A DNA stretch of 64,000 nucleotides, from the NCBI GenBank assembly GCA_964522445.1, contig CAZFUY010000001.1:387-64386 (forward strand). The letters are read 5' to 3'. Below, piece by piece: positions 20,372-30,349 of the stretch. How positions within the stretch are numbered: the first letter of the stretch is position 1; the number at the start of each line of letters is the position of its first letter. Made by a program: the position numbers and the translations under genes. Below the pieces are notes generated by a model, which was given only the letters and a program-made list of their open reading frames with translations, was not told the DNA's origin and searched no databases. Origin of the DNA: an uncultured Thiotrichaceae bacterium (GTDB lineage: Bacteria > Pseudomonadota > Gammaproteobacteria > SZUA-229).

Positions 20372-21004
20372 ATGAAATCTATCTGGTTAAGAAATATTCT
20401 GGGATTATTGCTTATGGCGGCTTTGCCAATGCAGGTAATTGTGGCAAAAGAATATTCTGAAGGTGTGCAATACAGTAAATTAACTAATGCAGTGTCTACA
20501 AATAGTGGTGATAAAGTCGAAGTGCTAGAATTTTTCTGGTATGGCTGTCCGCACTGTTTTCGTTTTGAGCCCACTATATCCAAATGGATTAAAAACAAGC
20601 CAGCTAATGTAAATTTCATGCGTGTACCTGCCCCTATTAATCCCAGCTGGGTGCCTCATACTAAAGCCTATTATGCGCTTGAGATGATGGGTAAGGGAGA
20701 GCAATATCATGGTGCGTTATTCAAAGCCATACATATAGATAGAAAAAAGATTCGTGATTTAGCATCAATAACAAAATTTCTGGTTAGTCAGGGTGTTAAT
20801 GAAAAAGCATTTAAAGATGCGGTTAATTCATTTGCTGTAGAGATGCGAGTTCGAAAAGCTATGCAGCTGACAAAAAATTATAAACTTAGTGGCGTGCCTA
20901 TGCTGGCAGTAAATGGAAAATACACAATATCTGCACAACAGGCAGGTGGTTATGATGGCATGATTAATATTGCCAATTACTTAATTAGTAAAGAAGCTAA
21001 ATAA
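20372..21004 (+). CDS. dsbA: Thiol:disulfide interchange protein DsbA
   Basis: FFWYGCPHCFRFEP (CPHC active site). About 210 aa with signal peptide from the internal Met MKSIWL. Confidence 0.85.
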   Translation: MKSIWLRNILGLLLMAALPMQVIVAKEYSEGVQYSKLTNAVSTNSGDKVEVLEFFWYGCPHCFRFEPTISKWIKNKPANVNFMRVPAPINPSWVPHTKAYYALEMMGKGEQYHGALFKAIHIDRKKIRDLASITKFLVSQGVNEKAFKDAVNSFAVEMRVRKAMQLTKNYKLSGVPMLAVNGKYTISAQQAGGYDGMINIANYLISKEAK

Positions 21005-21070
21005 TCGAACTCAGTTTATAGTTAATTTAGTTTAATCACTGAATTAACTAATGGACTAAAAGAGGCGAAT

Positions 21071-23293
21071 ATGACTGCAAAACCCGACCAGGGTGAAGAG
21101 CACTGGAAGCGTAAATATTACGATCAACTTGATCAGCTGGAACAAAAAGAGAAAGAATGGGGCGATCTGGAGTCTGTGCTCAAAAGAGCAATTGGACGGC
21201 TTAGTCTGGCGGCTGAAGGGCATGATGCAGCTATTGATCGATATATTAAAGATATTCGGACGAGTGTAAAAAGTAATATAAATAAACACCGTCTTGAAAC
21301 AATTCTGGATGACCTGTCCAGGCTGTTAGCAAAGATAGAAGAAAATGAATCTGTGCCAGATAGGCAGGTTATATCAAGCCTGCAAAAACTAATTGAAAAT
21401 ATTGAGCTTCCTGGCAAGTGTAATAAAGCTAAAACAAAATTAATAAAACGTTTTACAAATGCGGTTGATGATGAAAAAGATGACATCATTAAAGATATTG
21501 TTGCTTTATTAAAACAGGCGATCAATAGTCAGGAAAAAGAAACAGATAAAAAACCAGGCATATTTGAACGTTTAATTGGCTCCCCATCCAATGCCGAAAA
21601 AGAAGTAGATTTTCAGGCAATGGCTTCAATTGTTGTGCATATAATACAGCTATTGCCCTGGCCTGAAAATATCAGGGGTGATGTTCAGTCATTAATGGAT
21701 CAAACAGTAAAGAGTCAGACAGAAAAAGCAATTGGCAGTAATATTGGTCAGCTGGAAACATTGATTGACAAATGGAAAAACATAGGCGATGGAGAAGAAG
21801 AAAATGTAATAGCTGAAACACCAGTCGTGTCTCCAGTAGAGATTCTGGAAAAAATAAATCAGAGAATAAAGTGGCCAAATTCAAAACCCAAAGAAATAAA
21901 AAAGATAGAGTCTAATTTAAAAAATAACCCTGATGATCTCGATAAATTAATCTTTGAATATGCATTACAGATTGATAAGTTATTAGTAAATAATAAACCA
22001 GAGAAAGAGATTTCAGGTACAGAGCTAGAAGCTTATCGAAGCTGTGTTATTTCCTTTCTCAATCAGCTTGATAATAAAGAATCCCCTAATGGCAGAATAG
22101 CCGCACTACGTTTGTCAGCAATAGATGCTAAAGAAAGAAATGAGCTGGATAAACTTTCGGTTGATTTAGCTAATATAGTAGAGCATACGGAAACTAAAGA
22201 TCAGAGTAGTGATTTTGATCTATCAGACTCTAATTCGCAGCCCACCATACAGGAATTACTAATCCGTCTGCTGGAACAACTGATTGTTCCAACTGATCTT
22301 CATCGAGATGTTGAAGATATGAAACTACGATTAGAAAAAGAAACAGCACCGGATGACTGGAAAAAGTTATTAAAAGATGTTGCGCTGCTTATTAATTCTA
22401 TTCGTAATCATATGCAAAAAGAAAAAAATGAGTTTGAAAGTTTTTTGCAACAGATAACAACGCGACTTAAGGAAATGGATGTTTTCCTACAGAATGAAAG
22501 TGCCGTTGCTGAACTGGCAGAGCAGGAAGGTAAAATATTTGATGTAAAAGTAAATGCGCATGTAAAAAATATTCGTAATGATATATCGCAGGCATCAGAT
22601 TTAGAAGGGCTTAAGAATACGGTAGAACATCGATTAGAAGATATTTCCAGGCACATCAAAAATTACAGGGATGTTGAGAATAAGCGCTATTCAAATGCAC
22701 AAAAAAATGTATTTGAAATGCAGGATAAAATGATGTCTTTAGAAAAAGAAACAGAAAATCTAAGGCATGTTATTGTGCAGAAAAATAAGCAGGCACTTTT
22801 TGACGCGCTAACAGAAATACCTAATCGACTGGCTTATGATCAAAAAGCAGAAGAAGAGATTGCTCGTTGGAAACGATTTGATAATCCGCTTAGTCTGGCG
22901 ATATGGGATGTGGATTTATTTAAAAAAGTTAATGATACTTATGGTCATAAAGCAGGTGATAAAGTTTTAAAAACAATAGCTCAATTGCTTAATAGTCGTA
23001 TTAGGGAAACAGATTTTCTTGCGCGTTTTGGTGGTGAAGAGTTTGTTATGTTATTGCCGGGAACTATTGAAGAAGAAACGCTTCGTCTGGTTAATGGTTT
23101 AAGAAAGAAAATAGAAGTCTGTGGTTTTCACTATCACGGGGATGCTGTAAGTATTACTGTTTCATGTGGAGTCAGTAGTTTTAGAGAAGGCGATACACTT
23201 GAACGTGTTTTTGAAAGAGCAGATCAGGCGCTTTATAAAGCTAAGGAAAACGGACGCAATCAGTGTGTGATAGCATCCTGTCGTTCTGATTAG
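21071..23293 (+). CDS. Diguanylate cyclase (GGDEF) with a long N-terminal coiled-coil region
   Basis: C-terminal RETDFLARFGGEEF (I-site RxxD plus GGEEF). About 560 aa of heptad-rich, Glu/Lys-rich N-terminal sequence without TM segments. Confidence 0.8.
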   Translation: MTAKPDQGEEHWKRKYYDQLDQLEQKEKEWGDLESVLKRAIGRLSLAAEGHDAAIDRYIKDIRTSVKSNINKHRLETILDDLSRLLAKIEENESVPDRQVISSLQKLIENIELPGKCNKAKTKLIKRFTNAVDDEKDDIIKDIVALLKQAINSQEKETDKKPGIFERLIGSPSNAEKEVDFQAMASIVVHIIQLLPWPENIRGDVQSLMDQTVKSQTEKAIGSNIGQLETLIDKWKNIGDGEEENVIAETPVVSPVEILEKINQRIKWPNSKPKEIKKIESNLKNNPDDLDKLIFEYALQIDKLLVNNKPEKEISGTELEAYRSCVISFLNQLDNKESPNGRIAALRLSAIDAKERNELDKLSVDLANIVEHTETKDQSSDFDLSDSNSQPTIQELLIRLLEQLIVPTDLHRDVEDMKLRLEKETAPDDWKKLLKDVALLINSIRNHMQKEKNEFESFLQQITTRLKEMDVFLQNESAVAELAEQEGKIFDVKVNAHVKNIRNDISQASDLEGLKNTVEHRLEDISRHIKNYRDVENKRYSNAQKNVFEMQDKMMSLEKETENLRHVIVQKNKQALFDALTEIPNRLAYDQKAEEEIARWKRFDNPLSLAIWDVDLFKKVNDTYGHKAGDKVLKTIAQLLNSRIRETDFLARFGGEEFVMLLPGTIEEETLRLVNGLRKKIEVCGFHYHGDAVSITVSCGVSSFREGDTLERVFERADQALYKAKENGRNQCVIASCRSD

Positions 23294-23332
23294 AACTAAA
23301 TATCTGAAAACATCCTGTTGCAGATAGTTAAA

Positions 23333-23450
23333 ATCAAAAGGTTTTTACCACGGAGGACTCAGAGAGCACAGAGTTTTTTTGGTTTGCGCTATGCGCAAAC
23401 ACAAGAAACAAGTCTTTCTCTGAGTCCTCCGTGGTGAATAGCTTTTGATT
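23333..23450. repeat. Compound palindrome (18-bp perfect outer arms plus inner gcgc palindrome), bidirectional terminator / REP-like element between convergent genes
   Basis: ccacggaggactcagaga (23348-23365) / tctctgagtcctccgtgg (23417-23434). Inner gtttgcgctatgcgcaaac. Flanking atcaaaag / cttttgat. Confidence 0.55.
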
Positions 23451-23471
23451 TTGGTTAACAACTGCTTATGA

Positions 23472-23864
23472 CTAATCAGAGACAGGATAAACCCATGCCC
23501 ATATTTCATCTCTGGCTTTATCATGCCATATTTCTCTAACATGGGCTTTTACGGTTGTTTTATTAACCCGCTGTAAAATTTCTTTTTTAGATGTGACATA
23601 AGATTTGTCATTAATGACTTTTTCTTTAATAGTGTGAATGCTGGCAATATCAACGCCATAACGCGCAGCTAAACGTTCTCTGGCACGGCTAATTGCAAGT
23701 TCTTCCTGATAGTGCCTGCCGCGGATGTGGGTTGTGCATGAACCAACTGCGCCATCTCCAGGGTTGTCAACCCATGCGGGCACAGGTTTAGTATTGTCTC
23801 CTCCACATGCGGTGAGAAAAATAATTAATATGGAAAATAAAAATATATTAAAAGAAGATCGCAT
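23472..23864 (-). CDS. Small lipoprotein, LPP20-like
   Basis: Signal plus lipobox LTACGG. 130 aa. PAWVDNPG... composition resembles LPP20/FlgP-type lipoproteins. Immediately downstream of the transglycosylase. Confidence 0.35.
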   Translation of the reverse strand: MRSSFNIFLFSILIIFLTACGGDNTKPVPAWVDNPGDGAVGSCTTHIRGRHYQEELAISRARERLAARYGVDIASIHTIKEKVINDKSYVTSKKEILQRVNKTTVKAHVREIWHDKARDEIWAWVYPVSD

Positions 23865-23874
23865 AATTAGCCTT

Positions 23875-25128
23875 TTAAGTTGTTTTATATTTATTTATAC
23901 GAGAGCGTACTTTTTTGACATAGTGTCTGGCTTCTTTAAAAATAAGTTGTTTGCGTAAGTGATTATAAACCTGGTCTGATGTCATTTTATTAATTTCATA
24001 TAGTGCAGCACGCTTCCATTTTTTACGGCTGCCAAATCTGGATTTTTTATACTTACCTGCAAAGGCTCTAAACACATTTCCAGCGCCTGTGTTATAGGCG
24101 GCAATGGTTGCCCACTGGCGTGATTGCAGATTCTTTATGCCTTTCAGGTAAACATAATATAGACGGTTAATATAGGCTGTGCCCAGCCTGATATTATTGA
24201 TGGGTTTGTATAAATAGGTATCACTGACAACGCGGTCTTTTTTGTATAAATGCCTGTATGCATCCCTTGCGCCACTTGTTGGCACAAGTTGCATTAACCC
24301 GAAAGCCGGCACAGGTGAGCGTGCGGTAGGATTAAACATGCTTTCGGTTTCCATAATGGCAAATACTAGAGCCGCAGGGATTTTTTGTTGTTCGGCATTT
24401 AGCTCTATATCGGCTTTATATTTTACAGCGCGTTTTTCTATATGATCGGGTATCAGTTTTAGCTGAGCTTTATAAATAGTGCGAGCCTGGCCATCATTGC
24501 CTTTAATGCGCTTCTTTTTTATGTGTTTAGTTATCTGAGTTGCCAGTCTGGAATAATCACGTTGATTTATTTGCTGACCATTTTGATTAGCAATCTGGCC
24601 TTTTAAAATAGCAGGCCCGGTGGATTGGCTTACTGGATTTTTGGCGATATCAATAACTGAACGATTGTCTCTGCCCAATTTTAATGTTTTGGTAATAGTA
24701 TCCTGTAACTGTTTTTTAGCTTCAGTATCAGAGATGCTCTGGTCAGATGGTATGGCAATTTCTATATCTACAGTGCCCTTCTCAAAATCTACAATACTTC
24801 GATGATTCAGGTCACCCTGAAAGCTGACCCAGTTTTTGCTATTGGGCGTTATGGTGTTTTTATCTCCCCATATTTTAGAGACCTGATATTTATATCGGTC
24901 AAAGGCCGCCAGTATTTGCTGTTTATAGAGCTTGAATTCGTCTTTGGCTGACTGAAATTCAATATTTTCCTGAGATTTATAAGAGTCAAAATCAGACTGT
25001 GGCTGTAAAAAACCTTCAGAATTAGCCGTCTGGATAGAAGTAAAGCTTAGAAAAAATATAGATATTAAGGTTACATGCCTTAGCAAGATAGCTCTCCAGA
25101 ATATTTGGTAATTTATGGATATTAGCAT
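23875..25128 (-). CDS. Lytic murein transglycosylase, MltC-like (SLT domain with an N-terminal DUF3393-like region)
   Basis: ETESMFNPTARSPVPAFGLMQLVPTSGARDAY matches the SLT-domain catalytic region (ES..NP...S..GA.GLMQ). Confidence 0.7.
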   Translation of the reverse strand: MLISINYQIFWRAILLRHVTLISIFFLSFTSIQTANSEGFLQPQSDFDSYKSQENIEFQSAKDEFKLYKQQILAAFDRYKYQVSKIWGDKNTITPNSKNWVSFQGDLNHRSIVDFEKGTVDIEIAIPSDQSISDTEAKKQLQDTITKTLKLGRDNRSVIDIAKNPVSQSTGPAILKGQIANQNGQQINQRDYSRLATQITKHIKKKRIKGNDGQARTIYKAQLKLIPDHIEKRAVKYKADIELNAEQQKIPAALVFAIMETESMFNPTARSPVPAFGLMQLVPTSGARDAYRHLYKKDRVVSDTYLYKPINNIRLGTAYINRLYYVYLKGIKNLQSRQWATIAAYNTGAGNVFRAFAGKYKKSRFGSRKKWKRAALYEINKMTSDQVYNHLRKQLIFKEARHYVKKVRSRINKYKTT

Positions 25129-25257
25129 AGTGAGACGGGTGCTCTGTATTGTATGTAGGGATTTTCTGATTTTTTAAATTGCCATTGCGTATTTGCATTA
25201 TCTCGGCTATGTTTAGCCTACTTAAATATAGAATAAATCACTATGGAGATGATGAAT

Positions 25258-25842
25258 ATGAATAAGGCTGCTTACCTGGTCGCAGGTGTTGCGATGTCTG
25301 CTCTTCTTGCAGGCTGTGGAGATAAAGTAAAAGAAGAGGTTGCTGATTGTGTATTCCCAGATGCGCCTGGAACCGCTGCTCCGGGCTGGGTGTGTGATGA
25401 ACCCGTAGAAGGGGTGGAAGTATCAGCCGTGGGTTCTGCTCAAAAATCGGGTGCAGGTCATAGCTTTATGAAGCAGATGGCTGCGACAGATGCTCGCGTA
25501 CAACTTGCGCAGCGTATGAAAGTACAGGTTAAAAACATGATTAAGCAGTATGTTGAAACAACCGGTGCTGCTGACACTGAAACAGTGGATAAAGTGATGA
25601 CATCTGTTACTAAGCAGATTACTAATGAGTCACTTGTGGGTACAAAAATCTTCAAAACACGTACTAGTCCAACGGGAAGCCTGTATGTATTGCTAGGTAT
25701 GGATCCAGCCAGTGTTGAAGAAGCTACAGAAAAAGCATTAAAAACAAGCATGAAGAATGAACGTGCTTTGTGGCAACAGTTTAAAGCTCAGAAAGGACAG
25801 GATGAGCTGGCAGCAGAAATCTCCAGGATGGATGGTCAGTAA
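25258..25842 (+). CDS. LPP20-family lipoprotein
   Basis: Signal plus lipobox LLAGCGDK. PGWVCDEPVEG...VSAVGSAQKSGAG pattern typical of LPP20-like proteins. GGAG RBS 9 nt upstream of the internal Met. Confidence 0.45.
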   Translation: MNKAAYLVAGVAMSALLAGCGDKVKEEVADCVFPDAPGTAAPGWVCDEPVEGVEVSAVGSAQKSGAGHSFMKQMAATDARVQLAQRMKVQVKNMIKQYVETTGAADTETVDKVMTSVTKQITNESLVGTKIFKTRTSPTGSLYVLLGMDPASVEEATEKALKTSMKNERALWQQFKAQKGQDELAAEISRMDGQ

Positions 25843-25860
25843 AAGCTGTTGATGTTAAAC

Positions 25861-25890
25861 AGGGCCGGTCATATGACCGGCCTTTTTTGT
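25861..25890 (+). terminator. Rho-independent terminator
   Basis: gggccggtcatatgaccggcc + ttttttg. Confidence 0.55.
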
Positions 25891-25912
25891 TTTAAATTTT
25901 AAGGAATAAGTT

Positions 25913-27451
25913 ATGCTTCGGATGCGGTTATTAATGATTAGTATTGCGTCAGTTGGGTTAGTTGTTGCAACAGCCGTTGTTGCTGGTAATGCTGAATTTG
26001 ATAAATGGATGAAGCAGGAAACACAAAGTTATCAGGAATATCGAGATAAGCGAGATAAGGAATTTACCAGCTTTTTAAAATCACAATGGAAGGAAATGCA
26101 GACTTTTCAGGGATTAGTACGAGATAAAACGCCTAAACCTGTAAAAATGCCAGTAGCACCAATCCCCAGACCTGTTGTTAAAAAACCAGTGCCGCAAATT
26201 AAACCTGGGCTACCGGGAGCAGATAAAAAGCCAGCATTGGTACAAACCCCGCCAAAACCCATTGCGCCACCGCCCGTTATAATTAAAGTGCCGCCTATTA
26301 AGCTTGCGCCAAAACCCATAATAATAAAACCAGTGCCTGTTGTTAAGTTACCAAAGGGCAGGCCTTTAGATATTAATTTTTATGGCCAGAAATTAAAATT
26401 TACTTATGATCCAAAATTAAAAGTTCGCCTTGCTTTACGCATTAATGAAAAAGCGATGAGCAACCACTGGTCTGCTTTAAGCAAGGGAGACTATGAGTCT
26501 TTGTTAAAGCAAATTAATGCACAGAGAAAACCCATGAATTTAAATGACTGGGGTTATGCATTATTAGTTAATGAAGTTTCAAAAGGAATAAATCCAGGCC
26601 GTAGTGAGCAATCTTTATTTACATGGTTTTTGCTAATTAAAGCAGGTTATCAGGCGCGTATAGCTTATGACTCGAATGAAGTGTTTTTATTATTGCCATC
26701 ACGTCAGCAGATATATGCAGCCCCCTATTTTACCTTTGATAAAGTGCGCTATTATGCTTTAGGATTTGATGGTAAAAAACAGAAACCTGGCCGCGTGTTT
26801 ACATATGATGGTCAATATCCTGGTGCAACTAAACGCCTGGATATGAACCTTAATAAAGCTATTTATACGGGTAGAAAAGAAAAAGATAAATACCTGAGCT
26901 TCAAATTCAAAGGAAAAAATTATCGAATTCGCGTGAGTTATGATAGAGAGACTATTGAGTTTTTAAAAACTTATCCGCAGATGAATATAAGTATGTATTT
27001 TAGTTCTACGGTAAATCGTTCAACAGGAAATCCACTGTTGGCTCAGTTAAAGCCATTAGTGGAAGGTAAGTCTGAGCAGGAAGCCGTTAACCTTTTGTTG
27101 CGCTTTGTACAAACAGCATTCAGATATAAAACAGATGAAGTTCAATTTGGTATAGAGAATTATCTATTTCCTGAGGAAACATTGTATTATCCTTACTCTG
27201 ACTGCGAAGATCGTGCGGTTTTCTTTGCCTGGCTTGTACATAGATTATTAAGCCTTGATGTGGTCGGCCTTGATTTTCCTGGTCATATAGCAGCAGCAGT
27301 GCATTTTAATGAGAAGATAAGCGGCGACTCTTTTCGTTATGATGGCAAACGGTATGTAATAACAGACCCAACTTATATTAATGCAAGTGCAGGTATGACG
27401 ATGCCTGATTATAAAAATAAGAAGCCAGGAGTTATTCGTATAATTTATTAA
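25913..27451 (+). CDS. Secreted/anchored protein with a Pro-rich (PxxP/KP-repeat) linker and a C-terminal transglutaminase-like (Cys-His-Asp) domain
   Basis: Signal/anchor MLRMRLLMISIASVGLVVATAVVA. About 80-aa Pro/Lys/Val repeat region. C-terminal YSDCEDRAVFFAWLVHRLL...FPGHIAAAVHF...ITDPTY has the spacing of a papain/TGc-like triad. Confidence 0.4.
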   Translation: MLRMRLLMISIASVGLVVATAVVAGNAEFDKWMKQETQSYQEYRDKRDKEFTSFLKSQWKEMQTFQGLVRDKTPKPVKMPVAPIPRPVVKKPVPQIKPGLPGADKKPALVQTPPKPIAPPPVIIKVPPIKLAPKPIIIKPVPVVKLPKGRPLDINFYGQKLKFTYDPKLKVRLALRINEKAMSNHWSALSKGDYESLLKQINAQRKPMNLNDWGYALLVNEVSKGINPGRSEQSLFTWFLLIKAGYQARIAYDSNEVFLLLPSRQQIYAAPYFTFDKVRYYALGFDGKKQKPGRVFTYDGQYPGATKRLDMNLNKAIYTGRKEKDKYLSFKFKGKNYRIRVSYDRETIEFLKTYPQMNISMYFSSTVNRSTGNPLLAQLKPLVEGKSEQEAVNLLLRFVQTAFRYKTDEVQFGIENYLFPEETLYYPYSDCEDRAVFFAWLVHRLLSLDVVGLDFPGHIAAAVHFNEKISGDSFRYDGKRYVITDPTYINASAGMTMPDYKNKKPGVIRIIY

Positions 27452-27465
27452 ATTACAGTCAGCCA

Positions 27466-27500
27466 AATAAAAAAGCTTTGCACTAATGTGCGAAGCTTTT
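27466..27500. terminator. Bidirectional hairpin terminator between convergent genes
   Basis: aaaaagctttgcactaatgtgcgaagctttttt. Confidence 0.5.
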
Positions 27501-28784
27501 TTATTTGTCTATAAGAAATAAACTAAGTTGAGGAATATAAGTAATTAGTATCAGAACTGCTAACAGGACAAACATAAAGGGAATGGTGGCATGATATATT
27601 TCACCAATAGGTTTTTTAAATCGATAACTGGCAATAAATAAATTCATTCCAATAGGTGGTGTAAAATAACCGATTTGCATATTAGCCAGGAATATTATTC
27701 CAAGATGAATGGGATGAATTCCGTAGCCTAGAGCAATAGGTAAAATCAAAGGAACAACAATAACCAGCGCTGAAAATATATCCAGAACAGCGCCAAGAAT
27801 AAGTAGAAAAATATTTAATAAAATTAGAAATGTTATTTTACTATCAATATGTTGTTGAATAAATTCAAATAGTCTGCTGGGAACTTCTGCATCAACAAAA
27901 ACATTAGTTAATGCTAAAGATACGGCAAGTATTAATAATATACCGCCTACCATTACCATGGAATCACGCATTATATTAAATAAATTTTTTATAGATATTT
28001 CTTTGTAGATAAAAACTTCAATAATTAAAATATATAATGCAGTAACAGCTGCAGCTTCAGAAATTGCAAAAAAACCACTATAAATTCCACCTAATACAAA
28101 TGGAGGCATAGGTAGTTCCCATCGCATATCCCATAATGCGCTTTTTAATCTTTGTAATGAAAAAGGTGTTTTTTCTATGTTTGAATTTCGGTTTGTATAA
28201 AAGGTATAAGCAGATAATGCAATAATCATAAGTGCTGCTGGAATCAACCCTGCAATAAACAATTGATTAAAAGTAATGGCTTCTCCAATATCAAGTTGCT
28301 GAGCAATGATTCCATAAAGTATTAAAGGTAGTGATGGAGGCAACAGCAAGCCTAAGCTTCCCGAGGAGGTGACAAGCCCCAGACTGAATTTGTCTGAATA
28401 CCCTCCCTGACGTAATGCCGGATAGAGTAGTGCGCCCAGTGCGACAATAGTTACGCCTGATGCGCCAGTAAATGCGGTAAAAAATGCAGAAATAATAAAT
28501 GCAATAATGGCCAGGCCATTGTTCATCCATCCTACAGTTGCCTGAGATAGATTAACTAAACGTTTTGATGTGTTGCTCTCACTAAGTAAGTAACCAGCAA
28601 AAGTAAATAAAGGCAGAGCTAATAATAAAGGTGTATTTGCAATTCGATATAATTCAATACCGATAACGGATAAATCTATTTCTTCAACATAAAATCCCAG
28701 TAGTGCGGCAGCAACAATTATAACAAATAGCGGTGCGCCTAATAGTGCGATTATAATTAATAAAATTGAAGCTGTTAGAATCAT
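27501..28784 (-). CDS. dctM: TRAP transporter large permease DctM (second system)
   Basis: Polytopic membrane protein. DctM-like N-terminus MILTASILLIIIALLGAPLFVII at the internal Met, 1 nt after the dctQ stop. The ORF-track N-extension to 28886 is probably spurious. Confidence 0.85.
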   Translation of the reverse strand: MILTASILLIIIALLGAPLFVIIVAAALLGFYVEEIDLSVIGIELYRIANTPLLLALPLFTFAGYLLSESNTSKRLVNLSQATVGWMNNGLAIIAFIISAFFTAFTGASGVTIVALGALLYPALRQGGYSDKFSLGLVTSSGSLGLLLPPSLPLILYGIIAQQLDIGEAITFNQLFIAGLIPAALMIIALSAYTFYTNRNSNIEKTPFSLQRLKSALWDMRWELPMPPFVLGGIYSGFFAISEAAAVTALYILIIEVFIYKEISIKNLFNIMRDSMVMVGGILLILAVSLALTNVFVDAEVPSRLFEFIQQHIDSKITFLILLNIFLLILGAVLDIFSALVIVVPLILPIALGYGIHPIHLGIIFLANMQIGYFTPPIGMNLFIASYRFKKPIGEIYHATIPFMFVLLAVLILITYIPQLSLFLIDK

Positions 28785-28785
28785 C

Positions 28786-29271
28786 TTAATCTTCGTTTGA
28801 AAAAGGTAATAATATATAACGAAGGGATATAACAGCAAAAGAAATGGGGATAATGGATTCACATATCCATAATGGGATGCTGGCAAAAGCTATGTCGCCA
28901 CTTTCTTTTTCTAAAAGAATAAAACTAAAACTATAATATGCAACAATAGCGCAAATAATAGCAGTAAAAAACTGGCAAAATATTTTGCTGAATGCTGCGG
29001 TTTTTTCTGGCAGGTATTTAGATAGTAGATCAATATTAATATGTTTGTCATTACGACTGGCAATCATTGCGCCAATCAGGCCAAGCCAGAGTACTAATAT
29101 TCTTAAGAAAGGATCACCCCATTGTATGCCGCTTTGAAAAAAGTTACGTAGAATAATTTGTAAAACAGCAAGCCCAAGCATTGAGGTTAATAAGGATACA
29201 ATAATGCCATCTTCAATTTTATGAAGGATAAATATAGATTTTTTAAATAGATTATTGTGCCTGTTGTTCAC
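28786..29271 (-). CDS. dctQ: TRAP transporter small permease DctQ (second system)
   Basis: 161 aa, 4 TM helices, sits between dctP and dctM. Start overlaps the dctP end by 20 nt. Confidence 0.7.
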   Translation of the reverse strand: MNNRHNNLFKKSIFILHKIEDGIIVSLLTSMLGLAVLQIILRNFFQSGIQWGDPFLRILVLWLGLIGAMIASRNDKHINIDLLSKYLPEKTAAFSKIFCQFFTAIICAIVAYYSFSFILLEKESGDIAFASIPLWICESIIPISFAVISLRYILLPFSNED

Positions 29272-30286
29272 TAAGCTGGGTCTGTTGTGATCTAAAGTTA
29301 CTTAGGTGCATTAGAAATTCATCCATTGTCTCTTTAGATATGTTTCCATTCAACTTGATGTTGTTAATAGCAGCCTCTGATTTTTTATACCATTGGCTTA
29401 ATTCATTTTTAGATGGGTTAACGAGTTTGATGCCCTGGTTTTGTAATGCGCTTATGGCTGCCAGGTTGTCTTTTCTATTTTTCTTGCCAATTTTAATAAA
29501 AGCTGCGGTCATGATTGACTTTACAATTTTCTGGTCATCTTTTTTTAATTTATAAAAAGTTTTTTTATCTAAAGCTAAAACGGCATAAGCATAGATTAGT
29601 GGGATATTGGTTATGTATTTTATTTGTGTGTGCCATTGTAAAGCAATAGCACCTATGGGTGGTATTGCTATGGTGTCAATCATATTAGATTGTAGCCCTG
29701 TTAAAACATCTGCAATACCTAGTGGTATAGGAGTGATGCCAAAAGCTGAAAATGCTGTTTGAGCAGATTTGTTGCCGGAGGGCGACCAGATTTTATGCTG
29801 TAATAAATCATCGGTGCTTTTAATGGCTGAATCAGACATTATATAGGCAAGGCCGCCTTCACTAAGGCCAAAGATTATGAGCCCAGATTTTTCAAAACCA
29901 CTAATGATTTTTTGATCCATATGTTGGCGAACGTAATCAATTTCTGAGAAGTTTTTAAATACAAGAGGCAAGTTATAAACCTGGCTGTCCGGGAGGAATT
30001 TTGCTACAGAACCACTGGCCATGACGCCGCCATGTAACTGGTTAATGCGCATTTTTTTGAGAACTGAGTTGTCATCTCCCATAACCCCACCGGGGTAGAA
30101 TTTAAACTTAACACGGTTATCGGTTCTTTTGGTAACCTCTTGTGCTGCATGTTTCATGGTTTTCATCCATGCTGAGCCGCCAGGTGCAAGTGTTGCAATT
30201 TTTAGTGTTTTTGCATTTGATGGAGTTGTGATGAGCTGGCTGCATAAAATGATTATGGAATAAAGAAAAAATTGTTTATGCATCAA
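29252..30286 (-). CDS. dctP: TRAP transporter substrate-binding protein DctP (second system)
   Basis: Signal peptide, then KTLKIATLAPGGSAWMKTMKHAAQEV DctP-family N-terminal motif. Confidence 0.8.
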   Translation of the reverse strand: MMHKQFFLYSIIILCSQLITTPSNAKTLKIATLAPGGSAWMKTMKHAAQEVTKRTDNRVKFKFYPGGVMGDDNSVLKKMRINQLHGGVMASGSVAKFLPDSQVYNLPLVFKNFSEIDYVRQHMDQKIISGFEKSGLIIFGLSEGGLAYIMSDSAIKSTDDLLQHKIWSPSGNKSAQTAFSAFGITPIPLGIADVLTGLQSNMIDTIAIPPIGAIALQWHTQIKYITNIPLIYAYAVLALDKKTFYKLKKDDQKIVKSIMTAAFIKIGKKNRKDNLAAISALQNQGIKLVNPSKNELSQWYKKSEAAINNIKLNGNISKETMDEFLMHLSNFRSQQTQLSEQQAQ

Positions 30287-30349
30287 TGCTATTACCGAAA
30301 GGCCATTTATTTTTGAGTTAAATATTTTAATAGAAATATCCTGCCGTTA

